DNA of 64,000 nt from an uncultured Alphaproteobacteria bacterium. GTDB lineage: Bacteria > Pseudomonadota > Alphaproteobacteria > Rhizobiales > Xanthobacteraceae. Location of the stretch: the NCBI GenBank assembly GCA_963738845.1, contig CAVTYJ010000028.1:26383-90382 (forward strand), in the 5' to 3' direction. Positions 21,449 through 31,111 of the stretch are shown one piece after another. Each line of letters starts with the position of its first letter. The first letter of the stretch is position 1. The translations under genes were made by a program, and so were the position numbers. The notes under the pieces were generated by a model. It made no database searches and was not told the origin of the DNA. It saw nothing but the letters and a program-made list of their open reading frames with translations.

Positions 21449-22876
21449 ATGACAGATCCCGCCACGACTTCGCTTCTCGACCGCGCCAATCTCGACCGCG
21501 ACGCCGTACGGCGGGAAGTGGCACGAGGACTGGCGGGTGCTGACGATGGCGAACTGTTTCTGGAGTATAGCCAAACCGAAGCGCTCTCCTTCGACAACGG
21601 CCGGCTGAAGCAGGCGACCTACGACACGAGCCAGGGGTTCGGGCTGCGCGCGGTCAAGGACGACGCGGTCGGATACGCGCATTCCTCCGACGTCTCGCTG
21701 CCCGCGCTTACGCGCGCGGCGGACGCCGTGCTGGCCGTGCGCGGCGGCTACTCCGGCTCTCTGGCGGCGCCTCCGCCGCACACCAACGTGAAGCTTTACA
21801 GTGACGACAATCCGCTGGATGCGCCGGGTTTCGAGGCCAAGGTCAAGCTGCTCGCCGAGATCGATGCCTATTTGCGCGACAAGGACCCGCGGGTGCGGCA
21901 AGTGACGGTCAGCCTCGGCGCGACCTGGCAGGTGGTCGACATCCTTCGGCCCGACGGCGAGAGTTTTCGCGACATTCGCCCGCTGGTCAGAGTCAACATT
22001 TCCGTCGTCGCCGGCCAAGGCGACCGGCAGGAAAGCGGCTCGAAGGGATATGGCGGGCGCGAGGGCTATGCGCGCTTCATCGAGACCAAGTCCTGGCGCG
22101 ACGCCGCCGACGGCGCGCTGCGCGAGGCGCTGGTCAATCTCGAATCGGTGCCGGCACCGGCCGGCGAGATGGACGTCGTGCTTGGCGCCGGCTGGCCGGG
22201 CGTGATGCTGCACGAAGCCGTCGGCCACGGGCTCGAGGGCGACTTCAACCGCAAGAAGACGTCGGCCTTTGCGGGGCTGATGGGCCAGCAGGTCGCCGCC
22301 AAAGGCGTCACCGTGGTCGATGACGGCACGATCACGTCGCGGCGCGGCTCGCTTTCGATCGACGACGAGGGCACGCCGACCAACCGCACCGTGCTGATCG
22401 AGGACGGCATTCTGGTCGGCTACATGCAGGATCGGCAGAACGCACGGCTGATGCAGATGAAGCCGACCGGCAACGGCCGCCGCCAGGGCTACGCCCACGT
22501 GCCGATGCCGCGAATGACGAACACCTACATGCCGGCGGGCCAGCGCGATCCAGCGGAGATCATCGCCTCGGTGAAGAATGGTATCTATGCCGCGAATTTC
22601 GGCGGCGGCCAGGTCGATATCACCTCGGGCAAATACGTTTTCCAGTGCACCGAGGCCTATCGCATCGAGAACGGCAAATTGGGGGCGCCGCTGAAGGGGG
22701 CCATGCTGATCGGCAACGGCCCGACCGATCTTCACCGCATCACGATGATCGGCAACGATCTCGCGCTCGATTCCGGAATCGGCACCTGCGGCAAGAACGG
22801 CCAGGGCGTGCCGGTGGGGGTCGGCCAACCCACCTTGCGCATGGAAGGCATTACCGTCGGAGGCACAGGTCGGTGA
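21449..22876 (+). CDS. tldD: metalloprotease TldD
   Basis: TldD/PmbA fold with the HExxxH site in GVMLHEAVGHGLEGD and the C-terminal GxCGK motif (IGTCGKNGQGVPVG). Confidence 0.94.
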   Translation: MTDPATTSLLDRANLDRDAVRREVARGLAGADDGELFLEYSQTEALSFDNGRLKQATYDTSQGFGLRAVKDDAVGYAHSSDVSLPALTRAADAVLAVRGGYSGSLAAPPPHTNVKLYSDDNPLDAPGFEAKVKLLAEIDAYLRDKDPRVRQVTVSLGATWQVVDILRPDGESFRDIRPLVRVNISVVAGQGDRQESGSKGYGGREGYARFIETKSWRDAADGALREALVNLESVPAPAGEMDVVLGAGWPGVMLHEAVGHGLEGDFNRKKTSAFAGLMGQQVAAKGVTVVDDGTITSRRGSLSIDDEGTPTNRTVLIEDGILVGYMQDRQNARLMQMKPTGNGRRQGYAHVPMPRMTNTYMPAGQRDPAEIIASVKNGIYAANFGGGQVDITSGKYVFQCTEAYRIENGKLGAPLKGAMLIGNGPTDLHRITMIGNDLALDSGIGTCGKNGQGVPVGVGQPTLRMEGITVGGTGR

Positions 22877-23664
22877 GCATCGAAAAACTCGTCAAGGCCA
22901 ACGACGACGCGGCGCGCAGCGCGAAAGCCAGCACCTGGCGCGGCCAATTGATGCAGCTTGTCGCCATCGTGCTCGCGGTGTTCCTCGCCAAGGGCGCGAT
23001 CGCCGAACCGTTTTACGTACCCTCGGGCTCGATGGAGCCGACGCTTCTGATCGGCGATGCGCTGCTTGCCTCGAAATTCCCCTACGGCTACGGCACCGCC
23101 TCGTTGCCGATGCAGATCAACCTGCCCGAGACCGGCCGCGTCTTCGAGGGCACGCCGAAACGCGGCGACGTGGTGGTGTTCCGCTGGCCCGGCGACACGT
23201 CGCAGGCCTGGGTCAAGCGCGTGGTGGGGCTGCCGGGCGATCGCATTCAGATGCGTCAGGGTCAGCTTTTCATCAACGATCACCCGGCGACGCTGAAGGC
23301 GGACGGTTTTGGAGAGGCCGAGGACGATAACGGCAATGTCGAGCGGGCCTACCGCTACATCGAGACGCTGCCGAACGGCGTCAGCCACGCGATTTTGAAG
23401 CTGCGCGACAACGGCCGTCTCGATAACACGCCGGAGGTGACGGTGCCGGCCGGAAAATTGTTCGTGCTCGGCGACAACCGCGACAATTCCGCCGATAGTC
23501 GCGTCCCTGTGCGCGAGGGCGGCGTCGGGCTGTTGCCGGTGGACAATCTGGTGGGCCGCGCGGACGCGGTGGTCGGCTCCTGGGATCTCGGCATGCGCAG
23601 CCAGCCGGTGTGGACCTGGCTGTCGGGTTTCCGGCTCGCGCGGTTCTTCACCGCGGTGCATTGA
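22873..23664 (+). CDS. lepB: signal peptidase I
   Basis: Catalytic Ser box (PSGSMEPTLLIGD), Lys box (VKRVVGLPGD) and GDNRDNSADSR. A GTG start overlaps the tldD stop (GTGA). The longer listed ORF runs inside tldD. Confidence 0.92.
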   Translation: MSIEKLVKANDDAARSAKASTWRGQLMQLVAIVLAVFLAKGAIAEPFYVPSGSMEPTLLIGDALLASKFPYGYGTASLPMQINLPETGRVFEGTPKRGDVVVFRWPGDTSQAWVKRVVGLPGDRIQMRQGQLFINDHPATLKADGFGEAEDDNGNVERAYRYIETLPNGVSHAILKLRDNGRLDNTPEVTVPAGKLFVLGDNRDNSADSRVPVREGGVGLLPVDNLVGRADAVVGSWDLGMRSQPVWTWLSGFRLARFFTAVH

Positions 23665-23688
23665 GGACATCGGCGCGTCGAGCGCGCC

Positions 23689-24237
23689 CTATCTCACCAC
23701 GCCCGAGGTAAAGCCCGCTCTCCGCCGCGGCGGCTTGATCTCCTTTTTCAGGAAGCAATGCGCGTCCCTGCCGACATAACCGGGCCGGGCATAGGTCCAG
23801 GCTCGGCATTTGTTATCGGCGACGCAGGCGGCCTGACAGTTTTCCTCGCCTTCGCCGCCCTTCAGCTCAAAGCTCTTGTAGTCGCCACCGGGACGATCGA
23901 TCGAGGTCTCAAGCGTCGCACTCCTGGGTTCGACCACGCCTGCGCCGCGCACCCCGGAGACGCAGCAATTGTCCGGCACCCGCGCCGGCACCGTGCTCTT
24001 CAGCCAGCACACTGCACCGATGGCGGGATCGATCGGATAATTGAAGCTCCAGGCGCGGCAGCGGCGGTCGCGCTCGCATTGCAGCGCGCAATCGGCAGGG
24101 TCGCCGGAGGGGACCGGCGCGCTCAGATAGTCGCCCCCGGGACGATCGAAATTGGTTTGCGCCCACAGCAATGAGGGCGCCGCCGAAAGGGCGAGCGCCA
24201 CCATCCACCCGCCAACCAGGCGAACCTTCATCCCCAT
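23689..24237 (-). CDS. secreted protein with two PAN/Apple-like modules
   Basis: A signal peptide is followed by two internally repeated Cys-rich modules: FDRPGGDY...CALQCERDRRCRAWSF...CWLK and IDRPGGDY...CQAACVADNKCRAWTY...CFLK. Confidence 0.7.
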   Translation of the reverse strand: MGMKVRLVGGWMVALALSAAPSLLWAQTNFDRPGGDYLSAPVPSGDPADCALQCERDRRCRAWSFNYPIDPAIGAVCWLKSTVPARVPDNCCVSGVRGAGVVEPRSATLETSIDRPGGDYKSFELKGGEGEENCQAACVADNKCRAWTYARPGYVGRDAHCFLKKEIKPPRRRAGFTSGVVR

Positions 24238-24451
24238 CACCGCGTGCTTTCGACGATTTTGACCGCGATTTTTACGTGTTCGGCCGCGCCATTTGATCGC
24301 CACGAACCTGTACGGCGGATGAACGACCCAAAAAGTGACAGCGGGAAAATGTCCTGGTCGCCCTGCCAAAGCGCGACAGCTTCAGGTCGAAACGCAATCT
24401 TCCGCCAGCAAACTCCCGCATGGCCTGAAGAGGGAGTTAGAAGCTGTCGTT

Positions 24452-25822
24452 CTAAAATGCGTATTCCGAATAGGCCGGCTCGACCGAGCCGCGCCAGGGC
24501 CCCTTGAATTTCTCCAGCATCTCCTCGGCCGGGGTTTTGCCGGAATCGATGATGCGGTCGAGCGGCTCGAGATGGCGCGTCTCGTCGCGCCCGGCATGAT
24601 CGATGCGACCGCGGCGATGCAGGCCCGCATGGGCAAGCGCCAGGCATTCCTTTGCCGTTTCGAACAAATAGCGGTTGCCGATCCTGGCCTTGAAGCCTGC
24701 CCGCGGCACCTCGTCGCGCACGGCCTGTCGCTCGTCCGCGTTCCAGCTCTTTGCGAGATCCCAGGCAGCATCGAGGCTGACATCATCATAGAGCAGCCCG
24801 ACCCAGAATGCGGGCAGTGCCGGCAGCCGTCCCCACGGCCCGCCGTCGGCGCCGCGCATCTCCAGATAGCGCTTGAGCCGCACCTCCGGGAAGATCGTCG
24901 AAAGATGATTGGCCCAGTCCGACAGCGTCGGCCGCTGGCCGGGCAATTTCGGATTCTTGCCCTCGAAAAAGGCGCGGAAGGATGAGCCGGCGACATCGAT
25001 ATAGTCGTCGCCGCGCTTCACGAAATACATGGGAACGTCGAGCGCGTAATCGACCCAGCGCTCGAAACCCATGCCGTCCTCGAACGCCCATGGCAGCATG
25101 CCGGCGCGGGCGTTGTCGGTGTCGCGCCAGATTTCCGAGCGGAACGACAGAAATCCGTTGGGCTTGCCTTCGGTGAACGGCGAATTGGCGAACAACGCGG
25201 TCGCAACCGGCTGCAGCGCCAGCGAGACGCGCAGCTTCTTGACCATATCGGCCTCGGAGGAAAAATCGAGGTTGGTCTGCACGGTGCAGGTCCGGTACAT
25301 CATGTCGAGGCCGTAGCGGCCGACCTTCGGCATGTAATTCGTCATGATTTTGTAGCGGCCCTTGGGCATCACGGGGATGTCTTCGCGCGACCAGGATGGC
25401 GTCATGCCAAGCCCGAGGAAGCCGATCCCGAGAGGCGCCGCAATCTCGCGCACCTGGGCGAGATGGGCCATCAACTCCGACTGGGTCTGATGTACGCTCT
25501 CGACCGGCGCGCCCGACAATTCGAATTGCCCGCCGGGCTCGAGCGAGATCGCGCCGCCGCCGGTGACGTCATGGAGGCCGATGATGTTGCCGTGCTCCAT
25601 GATCGGCTCCCAGCCGAGCAGCAGCTTCATGCCTTCGAGCAACGCGCCGATACCTCGCGCGCCCGCATAGGGCACGGGACGATGGCCGGTCAGCGTGAAC
25701 GGGGTCTTCTCGTGCTCGGTACCGATCCGGAACTCGGACGGCGGCTTCACGCCCGCCTCGAGCCAGGCGACCAGTTCGTCGCGTGACGTCAGCGGCGTCA
25801 TATCGATCTGGTCACGCGCCAT
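24452..25822 (-). CDS. gshA: glutamate--cysteine ligase, plant/alphaproteobacterial type (GCS2)
   Basis: 456 aa. It has FRIGTEHEKTPF, GGAISLEPGGQFELSGAP and EVRLKRYLEMRGADGGPW, typical of the plant-like GshA lineage. Confidence 0.9.
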   Translation of the reverse strand: MARDQIDMTPLTSRDELVAWLEAGVKPPSEFRIGTEHEKTPFTLTGHRPVPYAGARGIGALLEGMKLLLGWEPIMEHGNIIGLHDVTGGGAISLEPGGQFELSGAPVESVHQTQSELMAHLAQVREIAAPLGIGFLGLGMTPSWSREDIPVMPKGRYKIMTNYMPKVGRYGLDMMYRTCTVQTNLDFSSEADMVKKLRVSLALQPVATALFANSPFTEGKPNGFLSFRSEIWRDTDNARAGMLPWAFEDGMGFERWVDYALDVPMYFVKRGDDYIDVAGSSFRAFFEGKNPKLPGQRPTLSDWANHLSTIFPEVRLKRYLEMRGADGGPWGRLPALPAFWVGLLYDDVSLDAAWDLAKSWNADERQAVRDEVPRAGFKARIGNRYLFETAKECLALAHAGLHRRGRIDHAGRDETRHLEPLDRIIDSGKTPAEEMLEKFKGPWRGSVEPAYSEYAF

Positions 25823-25924
25823 GCAAGGTCCGGGTCAAAAGCGCCCCGCATGAGGCGCGCGGCATCGGGGAAGTTCGACCGCGGCCAGGTCGAAACGCCC
25901 TGGACGCAAGAGGTGATATAAATG

Positions 25925-26413
25925 TCATCGCGCCGACGCGCCCTCGTTCGCCGCGGGCGAGATCATGTCGCCACACGAGCAGCCAAGCCGGTCGAGCAGA
26001 CCGCAGAGCTTGACGGCATCCGCATCCGACAGTTTCGAGCCGACGTGCTTTTCGATCGCCGCCGAATAGGCACTCCACATCCGCTTCTGCAGCTCGCGGC
26101 CGGATTCGGTAATCTCGACGAACTGACCGCGCTTGTCGATCTTGCATTCGCGCCGCGCCGCGAGCCCCTCGTCGACCAGCCGGTCGATCAGCCGCGAGGT
26201 GGAATATTGCGGGATCAGCATCTGTCGCTCGAGCTCGACCGGGCGCAGCTCGCCGCTCGGCGCGCGCGACAGTTCGAGCAGCGCGTCGTACCAGGCAAGC
26301 GGCGGAAATCCGGCCTTCTTCAATTCCTGCTCGACGGCAACCAGCACTTTGCTCTGCACCCGCATCAGGCGGATCCAGGCGGCGGTCGCCTCGGTCGATG
26401 GTTTGCGCTTCAT
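25925..26413 (-). CDS. MarR family transcriptional regulator
   Basis: Winged-helix region LSRAPSGELRPVELERQMLIPQYSTSRLIDRLVDEGLAARRECKIDKRGQFV. It is divergent from a GST gene. The start is set at MKRKPST. Confidence 0.85.
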   Translation of the reverse strand: MKRKPSTEATAAWIRLMRVQSKVLVAVEQELKKAGFPPLAWYDALLELSRAPSGELRPVELERQMLIPQYSTSRLIDRLVDEGLAARRECKIDKRGQFVEITESGRELQKRMWSAYSAAIEKHVGSKLSDADAVKLCGLLDRLGCSCGDMISPAANEGASAR

Positions 26414-26457
26414 CGGTCGGCCCCATAGGTATCCCGGAGAATAATTTAGCCCGCTCA

Positions 26458-26469
26458 ATGCATTTGCAT
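26458..26469. promoter_or_regulatory. palindrome in the AT-rich MarR/GST divergent region (candidate MarR operator)
   Basis: ATGCA-tt-TGCAT is a perfect inverted repeat. A TTGACT hexamer follows at 26475-26480. No further support is available. Confidence 0.25.
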
Positions 26470-26544
26470 CAATATTGACTATTACATGCAGACGCATTTA
26501 GTCATCCGTTGGGCAGCCCCAAGCCCGCCAAGGAGGAAATTTCC

Positions 26545-27159
26545 ATGAAGCTATATTATGCACCCGGCGCCTGCTCGCTTTCCCCGCATATCGCACTATT
26601 GGAAGCCGGTCTTCCCTACGACCTGGTCAAGGTCGATTTGAGGGCGAAGAAGCTCGAAAACGGCGACGATTATCTGAAGGTCAACCCGAAGGGCCAGGTG
26701 CCGGCGCTGGCACTCAATTCGGGCGAGCTTGTCACGGAAGGGCCTGTGATCATCCAGTTGATCGCAGACAAGGCCGGCAACAACGATCTCGCGCCCGCCC
26801 GCAACTCGGCTGAACGCTACAAGCTGCTCGAGTGGCTCAACTTCATCACGACCGAGCTGCACAAGAACTTCAGCCCGTTATTCCAGCCGGTCATCCCGGA
26901 CGAGGTGAAGAATTTCTTCAAGGACCGCCTGACGGCCAAGTTCAAGTTTATCGACGGGGAGCTCGCCGGCCGCGATTACCTCTTGGGCAAGCAGTTCAGC
27001 GTCGCCGACGGCTACCTGTTCGTGATGCTCGCCTGGGCCGATCGGATGAAACTCGATCTGTCGGGTTTTTCGAATCTGAGTTCGTACAAAGCCCGCATCG
27101 CCGCGCGCCCCAAGGTGCAGGAAGCGCTTGCCAAGGAAGGGCTCTTGAAAGCGGCGTGA
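26545..27159 (+). CDS. glutathione S-transferase (beta-class, GstA-like)
   Basis: N-terminus MKLYYAPGACSLSPHIALLEAGL (catalytic Cys context) and VPALAL...LVTEGPVIIQ. An AAGGAGG RBS lies about 8 nt upstream. Confidence 0.9.
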   Translation: MKLYYAPGACSLSPHIALLEAGLPYDLVKVDLRAKKLENGDDYLKVNPKGQVPALALNSGELVTEGPVIIQLIADKAGNNDLAPARNSAERYKLLEWLNFITTELHKNFSPLFQPVIPDEVKNFFKDRLTAKFKFIDGELAGRDYLLGKQFSVADGYLFVMLAWADRMKLDLSGFSNLSSYKARIAARPKVQEALAKEGLLKAA

Positions 27160-27176
27160 GCTCGCATCCGTCCCGC

Positions 27177-27220
27177 GCGAGATATGGACTTTTCAGATTC
27201 AATGCCGAGCCATATCTCGC
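27177..27220. terminator. 11-bp perfect hairpin downstream of the GST gene (terminator-like, no T-run)
   Basis: GCGAGATATGG (27177-27187) pairs with CCATATCTCGC (27210-27220) across a 22-nt loop. Confidence 0.25.
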
Positions 27221-27387
27221 CGGCGGGCGCGCGTTACGCCGCGATTAACCAAGAACGGGCTTCGCGCGGCGAAGAGGGCACACTTAATGCGCATTTAATA
27301 CATTTGCGCGACTGATACGGAACCAGCGCACCATCATCATCACGCAGCAAGAACTGCGAGCGAAGCTCCGCCCCGAGGAAGGGTTGC

Positions 27388-27984
27388 ATGAGAACGCTTT
27401 TTGTTGGCGCGCTGGCCGCGACCGTGGTCGGCTGCGGCGGTTCCGTACCACCGCGGACGAGCCTGGGCGCATGCGCAGGCAGCACCGCAAACGGGCTCGT
27501 CTGTCTCGACAGAAGCTCCGTCAATCAGACGATTGAACGGGATACGGCATCGCTGAACGCCAGGCTGCCGACACCAAGACCCAGGCCCAACGTCGCAGCG
27601 GCGACGTGGTCTGCCAATGCCCATCAGAGCGACCTCGCTCCTGCGGTCGCCAAGGTCGAGCCCACGGCAGCGAAGGTCGAGCGCAGTTTCGCGCGCCGCG
27701 CCGAAAACTCCGATCCGGTCATTGCCAGGGCAAAAGCCACGATCGCATCCAGGCTGGATGACCCGAAGTCGGTCGAGTTCGGCGACATGAAACGCGCGAT
27801 GCGAACGAACCAGCAGGGCAGGCCCGTCGACACAATTTGCGGTGTCGTCAAAGCGAGCAAAGCGTCGGGCGAAGGCACGCCAGACCGGCCGTTTCTTTAT
27901 CTCGTAAAATATGACGAAGCATACGTCGTCGATGGTCCCCCGACCTCGATAGCGGCGACCGCATATCGCAACATCTGCAACTAG
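27388..27984 (+). CDS. lipoprotein of unknown function
   Basis: Lipobox in MRTLFVGALAATVVGC. I recognise no family. The GC content is somewhat below that of the flanks. Confidence 0.6.
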   Translation: MRTLFVGALAATVVGCGGSVPPRTSLGACAGSTANGLVCLDRSSVNQTIERDTASLNARLPTPRPRPNVAAATWSANAHQSDLAPAVAKVEPTAAKVERSFARRAENSDPVIARAKATIASRLDDPKSVEFGDMKRAMRTNQQGRPVDTICGVVKASKASGEGTPDRPFLYLVKYDEAYVVDGPPTSIAATAYRNICN

Positions 27985-28035
27985 ACCGCAAAGGCCGAAC
28001 CAACGGCCCGGGTCTTCCGAAACGGAAGAATTATC

Positions 28036-28800
28036 ATGGACGATATTGTCAATCCCCTATTGCCGGTCAACGACCTGCAATCCCGACCGACGATCGTGAT
28101 CATCGACGATCAGGTTCTGGCGCGGACCTGCATTGCCAATATGCTCAAGAAAGAGCTTTCCGGATTCGAAATCATCGAAATGGCCACGACCAGGGGCCTG
28201 ATGGCGCTGTCGAAACGAGATATCCATCTGGTCGCATTTCACATCGCGGACAAGCAGGTGACCGATCCTGCGGTCGAGCATCGTCTGGCGCTGATCGAGA
28301 AATTGTGCCCGAGCGCGCATATCGCGCTGCTGTCCAATCGCGACGACGAGGCCACCGCTTCCGCTGCGATGCAACGGGGGGTTCGCGGTTTCTTTCCGAC
28401 CTCGATTGCCCTCGAAATCGCGCTCGCCGGATTGCGCCTCGTTCTCGCGGGCGGGGTCTATCGACCGCTGCCGATCGTCAGGCAAAACGAGACGACGAAC
28501 CTCCAGGTCTCGGCGACCCATTCAGGCCCTTCACAGCCGGCCATCGCCCACCACCATAATGGGCAGATGAGCATCATGCCCGAGCGGACCATGACCGATC
28601 TGACGCCACGCGAGCAACACGTGCTGGCCGCCTTGAAGCTCGGGCTGCCGAACAAGTTGATTGCGGTCAGGCTGAACCTGTCGGAAAACACCGTGAAGAT
28701 GCATATCCAACACATCATGCGAAAGTGCCGTGCTCGCAATCGCACCGAGGCGGTGCTTCGTTGGAGCGGCCGCTCCAACGGTCACGCGTCGTCGGCGTGA
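28036..28800 (+). CDS. LuxR-family regulator with a degenerate receiver-like N-domain
   Basis: C-terminal LuxR HTH (LTPREQHVLAALKLGLPNKLIAVRLNLSENTVKMHIQHIM). The N-domain is receiver-like (IVIIDDQ) but has HLVAFHIAD where DLVLLDxxMP is expected, and GFFPTS where GFLxK is expected. Confidence 0.75.
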   Translation: MDDIVNPLLPVNDLQSRPTIVIIDDQVLARTCIANMLKKELSGFEIIEMATTRGLMALSKRDIHLVAFHIADKQVTDPAVEHRLALIEKLCPSAHIALLSNRDDEATASAAMQRGVRGFFPTSIALEIALAGLRLVLAGGVYRPLPIVRQNETTNLQVSATHSGPSQPAIAHHHNGQMSIMPERTMTDLTPREQHVLAALKLGLPNKLIAVRLNLSENTVKMHIQHIMRKCRARNRTEAVLRWSGRSNGHASSA

Positions 28801-28840
28801 GCAACGCCGACGAGTCGCGGCCGCTGCTCCGACGAGTTAT

Positions 28841-31063
28841 TTATGCGGCGGCGGCGTCGAGCTTCTTGGGCGGAAAGCGGCCGTAGAACGTTTCGCCCTT
28901 GGACGCCATGTCTTCCAGAAGCTTGGGCGGGGTGAAGCGCGAGCCGTATTTGCTTTCGAGCTTGTGGCAGAGCTCGACGAACTTCTTCGTTCCCATGAAG
29001 TCGATGTAGGACAGCGCCCCGCCGGTGAACGGCGCGAAGCCGAAGCCCAGAATCGAGCCGACATCGGCCTCGCGCGGGTCGACGATGACGTGATCCTCGA
29101 CCGTGCGCGCGGCCTCCACCGCCTGCACCACCAGGAAGCGCTGCTTGAGTTCCTCGACATCCAGCGTGTCGGGGTCGAGATGCTTTGGTTGCAGCGCCGA
29201 TATCCCAGACCAGAGGCTCTTCTGGCCCTTGCCCTTCTCGGGATAGTCGTAAAAGCCCTTGGCGTTCTTGCGGCCGAAGCGGCCCTGCTTCTCGACCATC
29301 TCGATCATCAGCTTCTTCTGCGCCTGGTCGACGGCCTGGGCACCAAGATCGGCTTCGGTCGCCTTCATGATCTTGAGCACGAGATCGAGCGCCACTTCGT
29401 CCGACAATGACAGCGGACCGACCGGCATGCCGGCCATCTTGGCGGTGTTCTCGATCATTGCCGGCGGCACGCCCTCCATCAGCATTTCGAGCCCCTCAGC
29501 CGTGAAGCGCAGCACGCAGCGGTTGGCGAAGAAACCGCGCGAATCGTTCACGACGATGGGCGTCTTGCCGATCTGGCGCACATAGTCGAGCGCAGTCGCA
29601 AGCGCGACATCGCCGGTGTTCTTGCCCAGGATGATCTCGACCAGCATCATCTTCTCGACCGGCGAGAAGAAGTGGATGCCGATGAACCTGGACTGGTCCT
29701 TGAACTCCTCGGCCAGCGAATTGATCGGCAGCGTCGAGGTATTCGAAGCGAAGATCGCGTCCGAACGGAGCAGCGGCTGCGCCTTGGCATAAGTCTCCGC
29801 CTTGACCTTGCGGTCCTCGAACACGGCCTCGATGACGAGATCGCAATCCTTGATCGCGGCAAAGTCCGCCGTTGCGCTGATGCGCGACATCAGTGCATCG
29901 CGATCCCTGTCCTTGGCACGGCCCTTCTTGATGAGGTCGTCGATCACGCTCTGCACATGCGCCTTGCCCTTGTCGGCGGAGGCCTGGTCGCGGTCAATCA
30001 GGACCACGTCGATTCCAGCGCGGGCGGAGACGTAGCCGACGCTCGCGCCCATGAAGCCGGCGCCGATCACGGCGAGCTTCTTCACTTTCGTCGGCGGAAC
30101 GTTCTGCGGACGCCGCGCGCCCTTGTTCAATTCCTGCATCGACAGGAACAGGGAACGGATCATCGCCGCTGCTTCCTTTGAGCGCAGGATCTGCGTGAAG
30201 TAGCGCGACTCCACGCGCAGGCCGGCATCGATCGGCAGCTGCAGCCCCTCATAGACGCAGCTCATCACCGCGCGCGCCGCCGGATAATTGTCGAATGTCT
30301 CGCGGCGATAGATCGCATTGCCCGCCGGAAACATCATCATGCCGGCCTTGGAATAGACCGGCCCGCCCGGCAGCTTGAATCCCTTCTCGTCCCAGGGCGC
30401 GACCGCCTTGCCGCCGCCCTTGATCCAGTCCTTCGCCGCCTTGACGAGGTCGGCAGGCGGAACGACCGCGTCCACCAGCTTCAGCGCCTTGGCCTTTGCC
30501 AGGTCCATCGGGTTGCCCTTGAGCAGGATCTCCATTGCATCCTGCGGCGAGACCATGCGAGGGATACGCTGGGTGCCGCCGGCGCCGGGGAACAGGCCCA
30601 CCTTGATCTCGGGAAGGCCAAGCCGCGTCTTCGGGTTGTCGGCCGCGACACGATGATGACAACACAGCGTCAGCTCGAAGCCGCCGCCGAGCGCCAGCCC
30701 GTTGATCGCCGCAACCCACGGCTTGCCCGAGGTTTCGATCGCGCGGAACACCTGCGAGAAGCGTCGGCTCTGGTCGAACAGCATCTGGTTGGCCGCGGTC
30801 TCGCCTTTCTCTTTCAGCATCTGTGCGTAGGTGCGGCTCATGCCTTCGAGCATCGAGAGGTCGGCACCGGCTGACAGCGCTTCCTTGCCCGAGGTGATGA
30901 CGACGCCCTTCACATTCGGGTCGGCCGATGTCTGCTTGACAATCTGCTCGAGTTCCTCGACCGAGGTTTCATCCAGCACGTTCATGGAGCGGCCGGGAAT
31001 ATCCCACGTCACCAGCGCGATGCCGTCGGCGTCCGTCTCGACTTTGAAATTCTTGTAGGCCAT
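28841..31063 (-). CDS. fatty-acid oxidation multifunctional enzyme (enoyl-CoA hydratase / 3-hydroxyacyl-CoA dehydrogenase, FadB/FadJ-like)
   Basis: N-terminal crotonase fold (FSAGADL-like SAGADLSML, AAINGLALGGGFEL) and an NAD Rossmann motif (LAVIGAGFMGASVG). The start is set at MAYKNFKV. Confidence 0.92.
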   Translation of the reverse strand: MAYKNFKVETDADGIALVTWDIPGRSMNVLDETSVEELEQIVKQTSADPNVKGVVITSGKEALSAGADLSMLEGMSRTYAQMLKEKGETAANQMLFDQSRRFSQVFRAIETSGKPWVAAINGLALGGGFELTLCCHHRVAADNPKTRLGLPEIKVGLFPGAGGTQRIPRMVSPQDAMEILLKGNPMDLAKAKALKLVDAVVPPADLVKAAKDWIKGGGKAVAPWDEKGFKLPGGPVYSKAGMMMFPAGNAIYRRETFDNYPAARAVMSCVYEGLQLPIDAGLRVESRYFTQILRSKEAAAMIRSLFLSMQELNKGARRPQNVPPTKVKKLAVIGAGFMGASVGYVSARAGIDVVLIDRDQASADKGKAHVQSVIDDLIKKGRAKDRDRDALMSRISATADFAAIKDCDLVIEAVFEDRKVKAETYAKAQPLLRSDAIFASNTSTLPINSLAEEFKDQSRFIGIHFFSPVEKMMLVEIILGKNTGDVALATALDYVRQIGKTPIVVNDSRGFFANRCVLRFTAEGLEMLMEGVPPAMIENTAKMAGMPVGPLSLSDEVALDLVLKIMKATEADLGAQAVDQAQKKLMIEMVEKQGRFGRKNAKGFYDYPEKGKGQKSLWSGISALQPKHLDPDTLDVEELKQRFLVVQAVEAARTVEDHVIVDPREADVGSILGFGFAPFTGGALSYIDFMGTKKFVELCHKLESKYGSRFTPPKLLEDMASKGETFYGRFPPKKLDAAAA

Positions 31064-31111
31064 GTGGTTGCTCCCTCGCGCCAAGATGCGGCGGTTATCC
31101 CTGCTGTCTTA

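Noticed and set aside
22645-22872. An upstream start (22645) for signal peptidase I.
   Set aside because: This stretch is inside the tldD coding region in another frame. The GTG at 22873 overlaps the tldD stop and gives a normal-length LepB.
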